Source: Azolla caroliniana
Lineage: Eukaryota; Plantae; Polypodiophyta
Assembly: GCA_043228905.1 (NCBI GenBank)
Contig: JBHGNT010000007.1
Location: 13,702,001-13,766,000 of the forward strand
Direction: 5' to 3'
DNA length: 64,000 nucleotides
Of the stretch, positions 22,951 through 33,462 are shown piece after piece. Position 1 is the first letter of the stretch. Every line of letters starts with the position of its first letter. A model generated the notes under the pieces. That model did no database searches. It was given only the letters and a program-made list of their open reading frames with translations, and was not told the DNA's origin. The position numbers and the translations under genes were made by a program.

Positions 22951-25900
22951 TGTCGAATACAAGTGTATAATGGACATATTCACACTATCCCTTTGTATAG
23001 CTCAAGTTTGGGCCATTTGTGTAATTAGCATAAATGGCAGTTGCCCTAAGTCTGTCACTATATAAAGTGACCTAGTAACCTTTTTGTAAGGTTGGTTGTA
23101 TTATTGTTTTCTATTGAATAGAAAAAGAGTCTTTTGTGCCTCCTCCTTCTCTCTCTCTCTCTCCATCTCTGTGCACGATCGTGGAAACTGTCATACGCAG
23201 GTACTCAACCCCAATCGAATGCTACTTGATCTTCCGCATTGACGGCCTTGTCTTCAACATCTGGTATCAGAGCAAGGTTCCTCAACCCGCTGTCGGCCGT
23301 CGTCTCAGCCTGCACAGCATTCGGTTCTTCGCGTCATCACAGCCTGCACAGTATTCGGCCTTTCGCTTCATCCTAGTCTGCAAAGCATTCGGTTTCCTGC
23401 GTCATTCGAAGAAACAGAGAAGAAAGTAGGCAAACACAAGCTTGAATCTCGCCGCGTTAGATCATCACTCGGAGTAAGCCAGTCGGCTGTACTCTACTTC
23501 CTTGATCGTAACTGCTTGAGGTGGGCTTCCTGCACAACGACGACTTCAAGGACAACCCCCAGTTCGCGTTTCACTCGATTGGACAATAATCGGAAGGACC
23601 AGTCGGTTCCATTGCTCTCACCGTTGCAGTCAACCGAAACTGAATCGGCTTGAAGTACTGTCGGATCATTAAATCTAGGTTCAACTCGACTAAGACAGTT
23701 GTCGGTAGTCAATCCCAACCAGATTCCCGATTCTCCGTAATCATCATCACTTGTGTCCAACTTCGGCTAGAACGACACTGAGTGGGCCAAACCGCTGCAC
23801 TTCACCAAAGTTCGTAGCCGACTTAGGGCAGAGTCATGACATCAACATCCAGCTCGTCAGAAATGAGTCTACGAAAGTTCGATGGATCGAACTTCAACTT
23901 CTGGAAGGAGCAAATGCAGGACTATCTCATAGTCAAGGGGCAAATCGATCCCATCGAAAATGAAGAACCTCCAGAAGGATACAAACCAATTGAGTGGCAG
24001 AAGCTGGACAGAATCGTCCGCGCCACGATTCGGATGCACCTATCGGAATCGGTATACTTTACGGTGCAATCGTGTACGACAGCATTCGAACTGTGGAAAA
24101 CACTGTCGGACACCTACGAAAAGAAGGTCGCTGCAACGAAGATGTTTCTGATCCGGCGCCTCTACAACCTGCGGATGAAGGAATCAGATTCGGTTCAAGC
24201 ACATCTCAATGAGTACGAAAGCATAAGCTCCCAAATCTCATCTCAGGGGACGGCAATCGAGGATGAACTCAGAGCAATGATACTCATGAGCAGCCTTCCC
24301 TCATCATGGGAAACTTTCATCACAACCGTGTGCAACGCGTCAACCACGGCTGTTAGATACTCCGAAGTCACGAGCGCAATCCTGACCGAAGCAGCTCGGA
24401 GAAAGTCTTTCGCCAAAGACTCAACAGACGACGCTTATGTAGTACAAGGTTCGACAGACCGATCGAACATACGAGGAAGAGATTCCTCACGGCAGCCGAA
24501 CAATCAGCGAAGACGGAGCCAGTCACGGGATAATCGAATCTGCAACTATTGCAAGAAACCCGGACACATCAAAGCCGACTGCCGCGCACTCAAGAACAAG
24601 AACGACAAGTCTCAGAAATCAGACAAGAAGAGTGGCCGGCATGAGGAGATCAATTACGTCAGCTTCTCAGCTGATGTGCTACCAAACGACCCGAATATAC
24701 TATCAATCGAAAATCCAGTCGGATCAGAAGTTCTGCTCACGACTGAAGAATCGAGCACATGGCTCTTAGATTCGGGCGCGTCATTTCACGTGACTCCTCA
24801 TCGATCCCAATTTCGGCAATATACGATCCGTCACTCCGACTCAGTTCGAGTCGGCAACTCGCAACACTGTGACATCATTGGAATCGGCACAGTAGAGCTC
24901 AACCTTGCAGGTGGCTCTACACTTGTACTTCACAATGTTCGACATGTACCCGAGCTCTCAAGGCCATTGATCTCAGTCGGACAACTAGATGAAGACGGCA
25001 TTCGTGCCGGTTTTTCTTCGGGAGGGTGGACACTCCACAGGGGGAACCTCCTGCTTGCTAGAGGACCCAAGATACACTCACTGTATCCGTTACATGTTAC
25101 GCTCAGAGAGGGTAACCTGTTTTTGGTGGATATTCCTGTGTCATCACTATGGCACAGAAGATTAGGACACCTCAGCAAGGCCGGCATTACGCACCTATCT
25201 AGAGCCGGATACATCCCTAAACTCTCCTTCTCGGACCATCAATTCTGCGAACACTGCCAGTATGGCAAACAAGCAGCCGCATCACAGCCGACATCAGCAC
25301 CAAGAGAAACGAGACCTCTCGATTTAGTCCACTCGGACGTCTGTGGCCCAATGCCGCATCAGTCTCTCGGCGGTGCCTCTTACTTCGTCAGTTTTATTGA
25401 CGATTCGACTCGAAAGGTGTGGGCTTATCCAATTCGCACCAAAGATCGTGTCTTCTCGATCTTCTCCGATTGGCTCGCTATGGTAGAAAATCAAACTGAC
25501 CGAAAACTGAAATGCTTTTGGACCGACAATGGGGGAGAGTTCAAATCAGAAGAATTCGTCAAATTCTGCCGACAACGCGGCATCCGACGTGAATTTACGG
25601 CACCACACAGTCCGGAGCAAAACGGGATTGCAGAACGCATGAATCGGACAATCCAAGAACGGATAGTTTCCATGCTCCAACACTCCAGACTGTCGGATGG
25701 CTTCTGGGCAGAGGCTCTACTCACGGCAGTACACATAATCAATATGTCGCCAAGCAGACCTCTAGGACTTCAAATTCCTCAGGAACTATGGATCGACAGT
25801 AAGCCGAATTACGACAAGCTGAGGATCTTCGGATGCGAGGCGTATGCCCTTATTCCGAAAGATGATCGCCGAAAACTTGCACCTCGGTCCAGGAAATGCA

Positions 25901-28367
25901 TTTTCCTTGGATATGGATCAGACGGCGAAATGGGATACCGACTCTGGGACCCCGAACGCAGACAAATCGTTCGAAGTTCGGACGTTGTGTTCAATGAGTC
26001 GGCTATGAATCCATCAGTCGAAACACCGATCGAAGTCCGAAGGGTAACATTTTCCGATGTGCCGACCCTTCAAGAAGGCCCCGCTCTTAACACACGGTCA
26101 GCTTCACGGGTAGCTGAACCTTACACTACCGACTCGGACAACTCTGACTCGGCACAGCAGAATAATTCGCTTTCGGACCATCCGACCTCGATACCCGATA
26201 CGACCAGTCCAATCATACCTCGACGATCCAAGAGACTGTCGCAACCTCCGGAGAGGTATTCTCCTGGAATTTTCTTCACCGACGCCGGCGAACCGACGTC
26301 TTACGAAGAAGCATCGACATCTGTCGATTCAGCCACCTGGCATCTGGCGATGGAGTCGGAAATGCACTCCATTCGGGCAAACAAGACTTGGGATCTGGTC
26401 GAATTACCTAAGAATCGACGTGCTCTTCCTTGCAAGTGGGTTTATCGACTAAAAGAGACGTCTGATTCGACCACCCCAAAGTACAAGGCCAGATTAGTTG
26501 CGAAGGGCTTCCGACAAGAATATGGCGTCGACTTCGACGAGATTTTTTCACCAGTGGTGAAAATGACAACCCTTCGTTTTCTACGCGGCGTAGTGGCAGC
26601 CGACAACTTGGAGCTGATTCAGCTAGATGTCAAAACAGCCTTCCTCCATGGTGATCTTGAAGAGGAAATTTATATGGAGCAGCCAAAAGGCTTCGTGGCA
26701 ACTGGCCAAGAACATCTAGTCTGCCGACTCAGGAAGAGTCTATACGGCCTCAAACAGGCACCGCGACAATGGTACAAGAAGTTCGACGACTTCATCCAAT
26801 CGATCGGCTTCTCAAAAAGCGATGAGGACCATTGTCTTTTTACCAACACAGCTCAAGATGGATCAGCCATCTTCCTCATCATTTACGTGGACGACATGCT
26901 AATTTCTGGACGCCACGCAGGCGAACTTGCCGATCTCATTCGGCAATTACGGTTGAAGTTTGCCATGAAGGACCTCGGTCCGGCACGACACATACTTGGC
27001 ATGAAGATTAGTCGGCATCGCGATAAACGACATCTTTTTTTGTCTCAGACCGACTATATTGGACGTGTCTTGGAACGCTTCAACATGCAATCAGGCAAAT
27101 CTGCTTCAACCCCGCTCCCCATGAATCTTCGGCTCTCTCAGCGAGACTGCCTGACATCCGGTCCGGAGGGGGAAGATATGAAGTCGGTACCGTATGCACC
27201 GGCAGTCGGCTCCCTTATGTACCTGATGGTCGCGACACGGCTTGATATTTCTCACGCCGTAGGAGTCGTTAGCAGATTTATGCACAATCCTGGCCGATCG
27301 CATTGGAACGCAGTCAAGCATGTGTTCAAATATCTGGCTGGCACAAAAGACCACGGCATTCTTTTCGGTCCGAACTCAACCTCAGGCGTAGTCGGTTACA
27401 CCGACTCGGACTTCGCCGGCTGTATAGACAGTCGGAAATCAACAACTGGATACTGCTTCAAATTCGGCAATGGAGCAATTTCGTGGAAGTCGAAACTTCA
27501 GGAGTGCACAGCGACCTCAACGACCGAAGCAGAATATGTAGCTGCGTTCGACGCTGCAAAAGAAGCTTTGTGGCTCGGCCGGCTGGCGCACACGTTTCGA
27601 CAAGTCGACCATGACTCGGCCCCAGTTGTCTATAGCGACAGTCAAGGTGTTGTTGCCTTGTCGAAAAATCCGGTTCACCACAACGCCTCCAAACATATCG
27701 ACGTTCGATATCACTTCGTTCGGGACTGCGTCATTTCAGGGAAAATCGGTCTAGAGAAAATATCCACAACCGACAATGTCGCAGATGGAATGACCAAGTG
27801 TCTTTCGGCAGACCGCTTTCGGTCCCTTCGGCATCAGATGGGCGTAACAACAAACCAGTCCGGTTAGAGCCGGACACAGGGCAGGATGGTTTCAGACAAC
27901 CGACATCAGTTCCTTAATGATCGGCTTCCACTCTTCCGACCCGACCAGTCCGGCCTTCTGCCTTCGGACCCTGCCGACTCGAACAAAACTGATATGTCCG
28001 AGAACCTAGGTTTATACCTGTAATCTTAGATAACCCATGTATACGCCCATTACGGGGGAGTGTCGAATACAAGTGTATAATGGACGTATTCACACTATCC
28101 CTTTGTATAGCTCAAGTTTGGGCCATTTGTGTAATTAGCATAAATGGTAGTTGCCCTAAGTCTGTCACTATATAAAGTGACCTAGTAACCTTTTTGTAAG
28201 GTTGGTTGTATTATTGTTTTCTATTGAATAGAAAAAGAGTCTTTTGTGCATCCTCCTTCTCTCTCTCTCTCTCCATCTCTGTGCACGATCGTGGAAACTG
28301 TCATACGCAGGTACTCAACCCCAATCGAATGCTACTTGATCTTCCGCATTGACGGCCTTGTCTTCAA

Positions 28368-28369
<2 letters not shown>
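22951..28369 (+). mobile_element. Intact young Ty1/copia element D, inserted in the (GT)n tract of the B 5' LTR
   Basis: 309-bp LTRs at 22951-23259 and 28061-28369 differ at 3 positions. TSD GTGTG. PBS(iMet) 23262-23273; PPT TACGGGGGAG 28051-28060; ~560-bp 5' leader. Confidence 0.98.
23836..27867 (+). CDS. Copia gag-pol polyprotein (1343 aa)
   Basis: CNYCKKPGHIKADC; WLLDSGAS; integrase HSDVCGP..DNGGE..NGIAER; YVDD; RNase H YTDSD/EAEY/DSQ/ADGMTK. No stops. Confidence 0.96.
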   Translation: MTSTSSSSEMSLRKFDGSNFNFWKEQMQDYLIVKGQIDPIENEEPPEGYKPIEWQKLDRIVRATIRMHLSESVYFTVQSCTTAFELWKTLSDTYEKKVAATKMFLIRRLYNLRMKESDSVQAHLNEYESISSQISSQGTAIEDELRAMILMSSLPSSWETFITTVCNASTTAVRYSEVTSAILTEAARRKSFAKDSTDDAYVVQGSTDRSNIRGRDSSRQPNNQRRRSQSRDNRICNYCKKPGHIKADCRALKNKNDKSQKSDKKSGRHEEINYVSFSADVLPNDPNILSIENPVGSEVLLTTEESSTWLLDSGASFHVTPHRSQFRQYTIRHSDSVRVGNSQHCDIIGIGTVELNLAGGSTLVLHNVRHVPELSRPLISVGQLDEDGIRAGFSSGGWTLHRGNLLLARGPKIHSLYPLHVTLREGNLFLVDIPVSSLWHRRLGHLSKAGITHLSRAGYIPKLSFSDHQFCEHCQYGKQAAASQPTSAPRETRPLDLVHSDVCGPMPHQSLGGASYFVSFIDDSTRKVWAYPIRTKDRVFSIFSDWLAMVENQTDRKLKCFWTDNGGEFKSEEFVKFCRQRGIRREFTAPHSPEQNGIAERMNRTIQERIVSMLQHSRLSDGFWAEALLTAVHIINMSPSRPLGLQIPQELWIDSKPNYDKLRIFGCEAYALIPKDDRRKLAPRSRKCIFLGYGSDGEMGYRLWDPERRQIVRSSDVVFNESAMNPSVETPIEVRRVTFSDVPTLQEGPALNTRSASRVAEPYTTDSDNSDSAQQNNSLSDHPTSIPDTTSPIIPRRSKRLSQPPERYSPGIFFTDAGEPTSYEEASTSVDSATWHLAMESEMHSIRANKTWDLVELPKNRRALPCKWVYRLKETSDSTTPKYKARLVAKGFRQEYGVDFDEIFSPVVKMTTLRFLRGVVAADNLELIQLDVKTAFLHGDLEEEIYMEQPKGFVATGQEHLVCRLRKSLYGLKQAPRQWYKKFDDFIQSIGFSKSDEDHCLFTNTAQDGSAIFLIIYVDDMLISGRHAGELADLIRQLRLKFAMKDLGPARHILGMKISRHRDKRHLFLSQTDYIGRVLERFNMQSGKSASTPLPMNLRLSQRDCLTSGPEGEDMKSVPYAPAVGSLMYLMVATRLDISHAVGVVSRFMHNPGRSHWNAVKHVFKYLAGTKDHGILFGPNSTSGVVGYTDSDFAGCIDSRKSTTGYCFKFGNGAISWKSKLQECTATSTTEAEYVAAFDAAKEALWLGRLAHTFRQVDHDSAPVVYSDSQGVVALSKNPVHHNASKHIDVRYHFVRDCVISGKIGLEKISTTDNVADGMTKCLSADRFRSLRHQMGVTTNQSG

Positions 28370-28440
<71 letters not shown>
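28370..28440. repeat. (GT)n(GA)n microsatellite in the B 5' LTR
   Basis: About 29 GT units followed by a GA run. Confidence 0.95.
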
Positions 28441-28441
<1 letters not shown>

Positions 28442-28959
28442 AATAGAGGAGAGAAGAGAACATAAGATAGATAAGCAAGAGAAATAAAATACTCAAGAAA
28501 AAGAAGATGTATATTTCACAAGTAGAATGGAGATACAAAATTGTAGCATTACAAGGAGTCACAACCGACATTATATGAAGTATGAGGAGGGTGCTTTATA
28601 TAGAGTCACCCTCTCTCTTCATTAACTTACAACAACCACTCTCTCTCTTGGGGAATGTGAAAACTCATAGTCATGGGGAATATGTAACTCATTAGTTATG
28701 TGTCATAGAATCATTCTATGACTCTATGACACATAGTTAATGTGTAGAGAGTAGTGGTGTGACTCTTGACCTTTGAGTAATCATGGATTCTCAAAATGTG
28801 TGTTTACACATTGCACTATGTTGAACTTGATTCTCAACAAAATATAACACTTGACTATAATACAAGAGGTCAAGAGTTCAAATCTTGACATAACTTTTGT
28901 CATGTTTGTGACATTATCCTCCCCTTTACGACCACCTTTTCGAAAGCACAATGTAGGGG

Positions 28960-30345
28960 TGAACGGGAAGTGGTGGGTGTGAGAAACCATGTGTTGTCCT
29001 CCTCATTGGAAACACAAACACCAACGGATGTGAGTGACCATGTGTGGTCCTCACCGGGAACAAGAACTGGAACACAAATGGGCGTGAGAGACCACGGGAA
29101 CTGGATGTGGAACACAAACGGGCGTGAGTGATCATGTGTGGTCGTCACTGGGAACTAGAACTAGAACACGAATACCAACGGGCATGACCAACCATGTGCG
29201 GCCCTCACCGGGAACTAGAACACCCACGGGTGCGAGAAACCATCTACGGCCCTCACCGAGAACTAGAACTGGAACACGAATAGGTGTGACCAATCATGTG
29301 CGGTCCTCGTTGGGAACTGGAACACAAATACCATTAGTCGTGAGTGATCATGTGCGGTCCTCATAGGGAACACGAACACCAACGGGCATGAGAGACCATG
29401 TCGGTCCTCACCAAGAGTTGGAACACGAACAACAATGGGCGTGAGCGATCATGTGTGGTCCTCACCGGGAACTGGAACATGAACAACAGCAGGCATGAGT
29501 GACCATGTCGGTCCTCGTCAGGATCTGGAACACGAACAATAGCTAGAGTGAGCGACCATGTGCGGTCCTCACCAGAGACTGGAACACGAATACCAACGGG
29601 CGTGAGTGACCATGTGCAGTCCTCACAGGGAACACGAACACCAACGGGCATGAGAGACCATGTCGGTCCTCGTCGAGAGTTGGAGCACAAACACCAACGG
29701 GCGTGAGCGACCATGTGTGGTCCACACCAGGAACTGGAACATGAACAGTAGCGGGCATGAGCGACCATGTTGGTCCTCGCCGGGATTTGGAACACGAACA
29801 ATAGCTGGAGTGAGCAACCATGTGTGGTCCTCACCGGAGACAAGAACACAAACGGGAGTGAGCGACCATGTGTGGCCCTCATCGGGAACTGGAACGTGAG
29901 CGACCATGTGCGGTCCTCATCGAAAACATGAACGGACGTGAGCGACCATGTTGTCCTCACCGAGAACTGGAACACGAACGGACGTGAGAAACCATGCGGC
30001 CCTCACTGAGAACTAAACACAAATGAATGGGAGCGACCATGCGGCCCTCACCGAGAACTGGAACACGAACAGACGTGAGCGACCATGTGACCCTCACCGA
30101 GAACTGAACACGAACGGACGTGAGCGACCATGTGGCCCTCACCGAGAACTGGAACACAAACGGACATGAGCGACCATGTGACCCTCACCGAGAACTAAAC
30201 ACGAACGGGCATGAGCGACCATGCGGCCCTCACCAAGAACTGGAACACAAATGGACATGAGCGACCATGTGACCCTCACCGAGAACTGAACACGAACGGA
30301 CATGAGCGACCATGCGGCCCTCACCGAGAACTGGAACAACAACGG
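28960..30345. repeat. Tandem array of ~28 units (~40-60 bp) in the PPT-proximal interior of element A
   Basis: Consensus approximately GG(A/G)CGTGAGCGACCATGTG(C/T)GGTCCTCACCGAGAACTGGAACACGAAC. Confidence 0.93.
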
Positions 30346-32125
30346 GCGAAGCAGTGGAAGTGAAGTGGTCGACTCACTTCTTCTATTATGAGAGGGTATA
30401 GGGTGACCCAAGACACGGCACAAACAGTAGCACTACCTAGAAACCCACGCGATCCCCACCAAGAAAGTGCGCGCTTGTGACCCCCACTAAAACTAGAAGG
30501 TGACTGATCGAAATTGGTCCTTGCCAATAGAAAGTGGCACAAGACTTGAACTATAACGAAAATGCAGTGCAAGCGAGCAATGAACCCCACCAGGAAAGTG
30601 AGTGGTTGTGACCCCCACCAGAACTGGGAAGGCGAGCGATTGAAAGCACTCCTCACCAAAACCGTGATGCAAAATGATACTTAAAAATGAAGTAGTGTTG
30701 ATGAAGACAATGGTTCGGCGAAGAGGTGTTGAAAACGATGACGTCGAAGACAAGGATGTTGATGATGGTAACTCTAGAAGCAAAGGCGATAACAAAGAGG
30801 GGTGATACTTCCAGTTGGAAGGGATTCAACTTGAAAGGGACAGTTTGAATCCCTTGAAAGAGACCAAAGATGTTACAAGTATTTATACAATGAGTTGAAG
30901 TACATGCATTAGAATATTTTTGAGAATATTTTTGAGAATATTCTAGAACCTTCTAGTTCTAGAACTTTCTAAAAACTCCTAGAACATGAAAAGATAATCT
31001 ATGAAGATATACATAACATGATTATGTACTTGGATGTGTTGGTTACAATATAGCACTTGACTATAATACAAGAGGTCAAGAGTTCAAATCGTGACATAAT
31101 TGTTGTCATGTTTGTGACAGTTGCATGATGATTCTTTGCTCAACGAGATCGCCACGGCAACCATGTCATACCCATTCGCCAAAGACATCATGGGTTGCAT
31201 CAATGACCCATCCCCAGACATGAAACACTCATATCTCAACCAATTTACAACTCGGGATGGGTTACTATATCATAATCATCTCTTGTACGTTCCCGAAGGA
31301 TCATGTCATACACGAGTACTACAAAACTGTCATGATGATCCTCTTGCCGGTCACTTTGGGGTCAAGAAAACCCTAGAGTTTCTATCTCGGGGGTTTTGGT
31401 GGCCCCAACCTTGGAAATTTGTCAAGGAATTTACCAAGACATGTGATGTATGTGCTCGGTCCAAAATAGCTCACCATCGGCCATACGGTCTTCTCCACCG
31501 GCTCCCAATTCCAACTTGATCATGGGCCTCTGTAGCCATGGACTTTATAACCGACCTCCCTCTGGTCGGTGGCCATGACACGGTGCTAGTAATTGTTGAT
31601 CAGTTTTCGAAGATGGCTCACTTTGTCCCATGTTCCAGAACCATTTCCAAAGAAGAGACAGTTGGCCTTTTTCTTAAAAATGTTGCCTGATTACACAGCT
31701 TACCCGAGGATATCACCTCTGATCGAGGTTCTCAATTCATTTCCCACTTATGGCGATGACTTCTATAGACATTCAGGATTGTTGTAAACTTGTCATCAGC
31801 ATACCATCCTCAAACTGATGGAAAAACCGAACGAGTCAACCAAATCCTCGAACAATACCTCCGGTGTGCCATGAGCTACCAACAAGAGGATTGGGTAGAC
31901 TTCCTTGCAATGGCGGAATTTGCCTACAATAATAGTATCCATGCTTCGACTATGGTTTCCCCCTTCTTTGCAAACTATGGATTTCACCCTCATTTCAGCA
32001 TTTCCACACCTGCAACTTCGATCAATCCTTCGGCAGAGACGCATGCCCGCATTTTTCACGATGTCCACCGTGAGCTCTCCCTACAGCTCCGTGTCGTTGG
32101 CAACCAGTATAAAGATCAGGACGAT

Positions 32126-32573
32126 TGTTACAGGCATGACCGTATAATAACCCGTGGTGAGAATTTACCATAGTATTCTATACATGTGGATAAGTGTGAG
32201 GATTAAATGAGAGTGTAAAGAAGGGGAGGATTACTTTTAATCCTCGGGATTGAGATAACCCATTAGACCAAGTGTGAACTTGCCTGGGGGCCTTGGGTCT
32301 TGCTATAAGGCCTAGCTACCCTCATTTGATCATCTCTTGAGTACGTCGAAACTCTGTTTCGTGGTGGGTCAACTCTTGTAGCGGGCGCGCCAGCACCAGG
32401 TACGACTCGACGCCACGGCAGTGGTATGGAACGCCAATCGAGGCTCAAGTCTGTCTCGATCCCTTCGCTCAAGGGTGATCAGGTGGATCGGCACCCTTCT
32501 TTCTCTCTCTCCTTTCTTATTTCTTATATCTTTTATCCTTATCATATGCTTACGTTAGATCATAACTCTAACA
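32126..32573. mobile_element. Solo LTR inserted in the Z integrase
   Basis: Termini TGTTA...TAACA; TATA-like TATAAGG; imperfect TSD CGAT/CGAA. The Z integrase resumes after 32573. Confidence 0.72.
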
Positions 32574-33075
32574 CGAACGCACATTGCTTGGCTACACTGA
32601 CATTTGCAGTCAAGGACATGGGTTGGTTGTTACATCGCCACCACACATCCTTGTGCAAAATTGGACTACAAAAGGCTATGTCGCTTCCGTATCATTGAGC
32701 GGATCAACCCAGTCACCTTCCGGTTAACACTTCCTCCAACATTCAAGATTCACAATGTTTTTCATGTTTCCCTCCTCAAACTATACCATCCTTCTCGAAT
32801 TCTGGGACGACAACCTCCTCCACCGCCACCTGTGAAATTGTGGATGGGGGAACAATATGAGGTTGACCAAATCCTCGACTCCCACTATCGTCGTCGACAA
32901 CTCCAATATTTGGTCTTATGGAAAGGTTACCCCATTTCGGACGCCACATGGGAACCGGTTACACATTTACAAAATGCTCCAAAGGCCATTTGCAATTTTC
33001 ATCTACAACACCCATATAAGCCAGCCACGGGTCCTAGGAAGCGGCCTTAGAGGGTGGATAATGTCATGGACATGA

Positions 33076-33145
33076 TGGAATGTAGGGGGTTGAAACCATG
33101 ACTTCTTGGTCTTATTGGGCAACCTTACCAATTGAGCTACATCCA
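33076..33145 (-). other. tRNA-like (pseudo-tRNA) segment in the U3 of the Z 3' LTR, antisense to the element
   Basis: Minus strand reads TGGATGTAGCTCAATTGGTAAGG...AAGTCATGGTTTCAACCCCCTACATTCCA. It has an A-box (TAGCTCAATTGG), a B-box-like GGTTTCAACCC, an acceptor-stem-like pairing and a length of 70 nt. Related segments lie at 31032-31096, 28845-28890 and 22270-22336. Confidence 0.7.
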
Positions 33146-33462
33146 TCTATGAATTATTGTATTGTATAAGCTTCAACTTATTACATTGTAGGTTAATCGC
33201 GATAACTTTCAAGAAACTTCTAGAGAATGCATCTTCATGCACTCTCTAGATGTTTCCTAGCTTACATGCATATCTCCACATTCTTGTATAAATACTCAGG
33301 TGCACCTTGATTACAATCTAGGTGAACAACACTAGTTACAGAAGCATAATTTAGTTCTTGCCCTCTTGTCTATTTTCTCTCTTTCTCTCTTTCTCTCTCT
33401 CTCTCTCTCTGAGTATTTAGCCTCGTTTACTTGTCCCTGGCCTCGTCTACTCGTCCTTGACA

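Larger units (their letters stand above)
4198..28839 (-). mobile_element. Degenerate Ty1/copia element B, host of F, E, C, D and a solo LTR
   Basis: Perfect TSD AAATA (4193-4197 / 28840-28844). LTRs are 4198-4672 and 22888-28839 (split by D). PBS complement GCTCTGATACCA at 22876-22887. Gag 22720-21650 and 15926-15600 (CGCCGKIGHREEEC); protease WLVDSGAS; integrase 15060-14200; RT/RNase H 6053-4870 (YVDD ~5465). PPT complement at 4673-4686. Confidence 0.93.
3780..31119 (-). mobile_element. Non-autonomous gypsy-type LTR element A with an internal tandem-repeat array and no coding capacity
   Basis: TSD GTTGT (3775-3779) / GTTGC (31120-31124); the Z reading frame resumes across it (ATYML|HDDSLL). 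3' LTR is 3780-4197 plus 28840-28913, split by B. PPT complement TTATCCTCCCCTTTA at 28914-28928. The 5' LTR (~30845-31119) lacks ~200 bp of its inner end and the PBS. Confidence 0.85.
1094..33462 (+). mobile_element. Degenerate Ty3/gypsy chromovirus (Tcn1-like), element Z, 5'-truncated and interrupted by three insertions
   Basis: Zinc-knuckle end VICHCP at ~1094; protease ALLDSGASTCFID (1144-1889); RT with YLDD (~2880); RNase H ETDASD/DHKNL (3320-3779); integrase (31121-32125, 32574-32800); chromodomain YEVDQILDS..YLVLWKGYP..TWEP (~32855-32960); PPT AGAGGGTGGATAA at 33049-33061; 3' LTR 33062-33462 (TGTCA...TGACA). Many stops and frameshifts. Confidence 0.92.

Noticed and set aside
28960-30345. 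CRISPR-like appearance of the repeat array, and ORFs spanning it (e.g. 29361-29975)
   Set aside because: The inter-repeat segments are variants of one another, not unique spacers. The context is a eukaryotic LTR element with no cas genes. The ORFs are by-products of the repeat.
33076-33145. Functional tRNA gene
   Set aside because: The anticodon and T stems pair poorly and it lies within an LTR, so it is reported only as tRNA-like.
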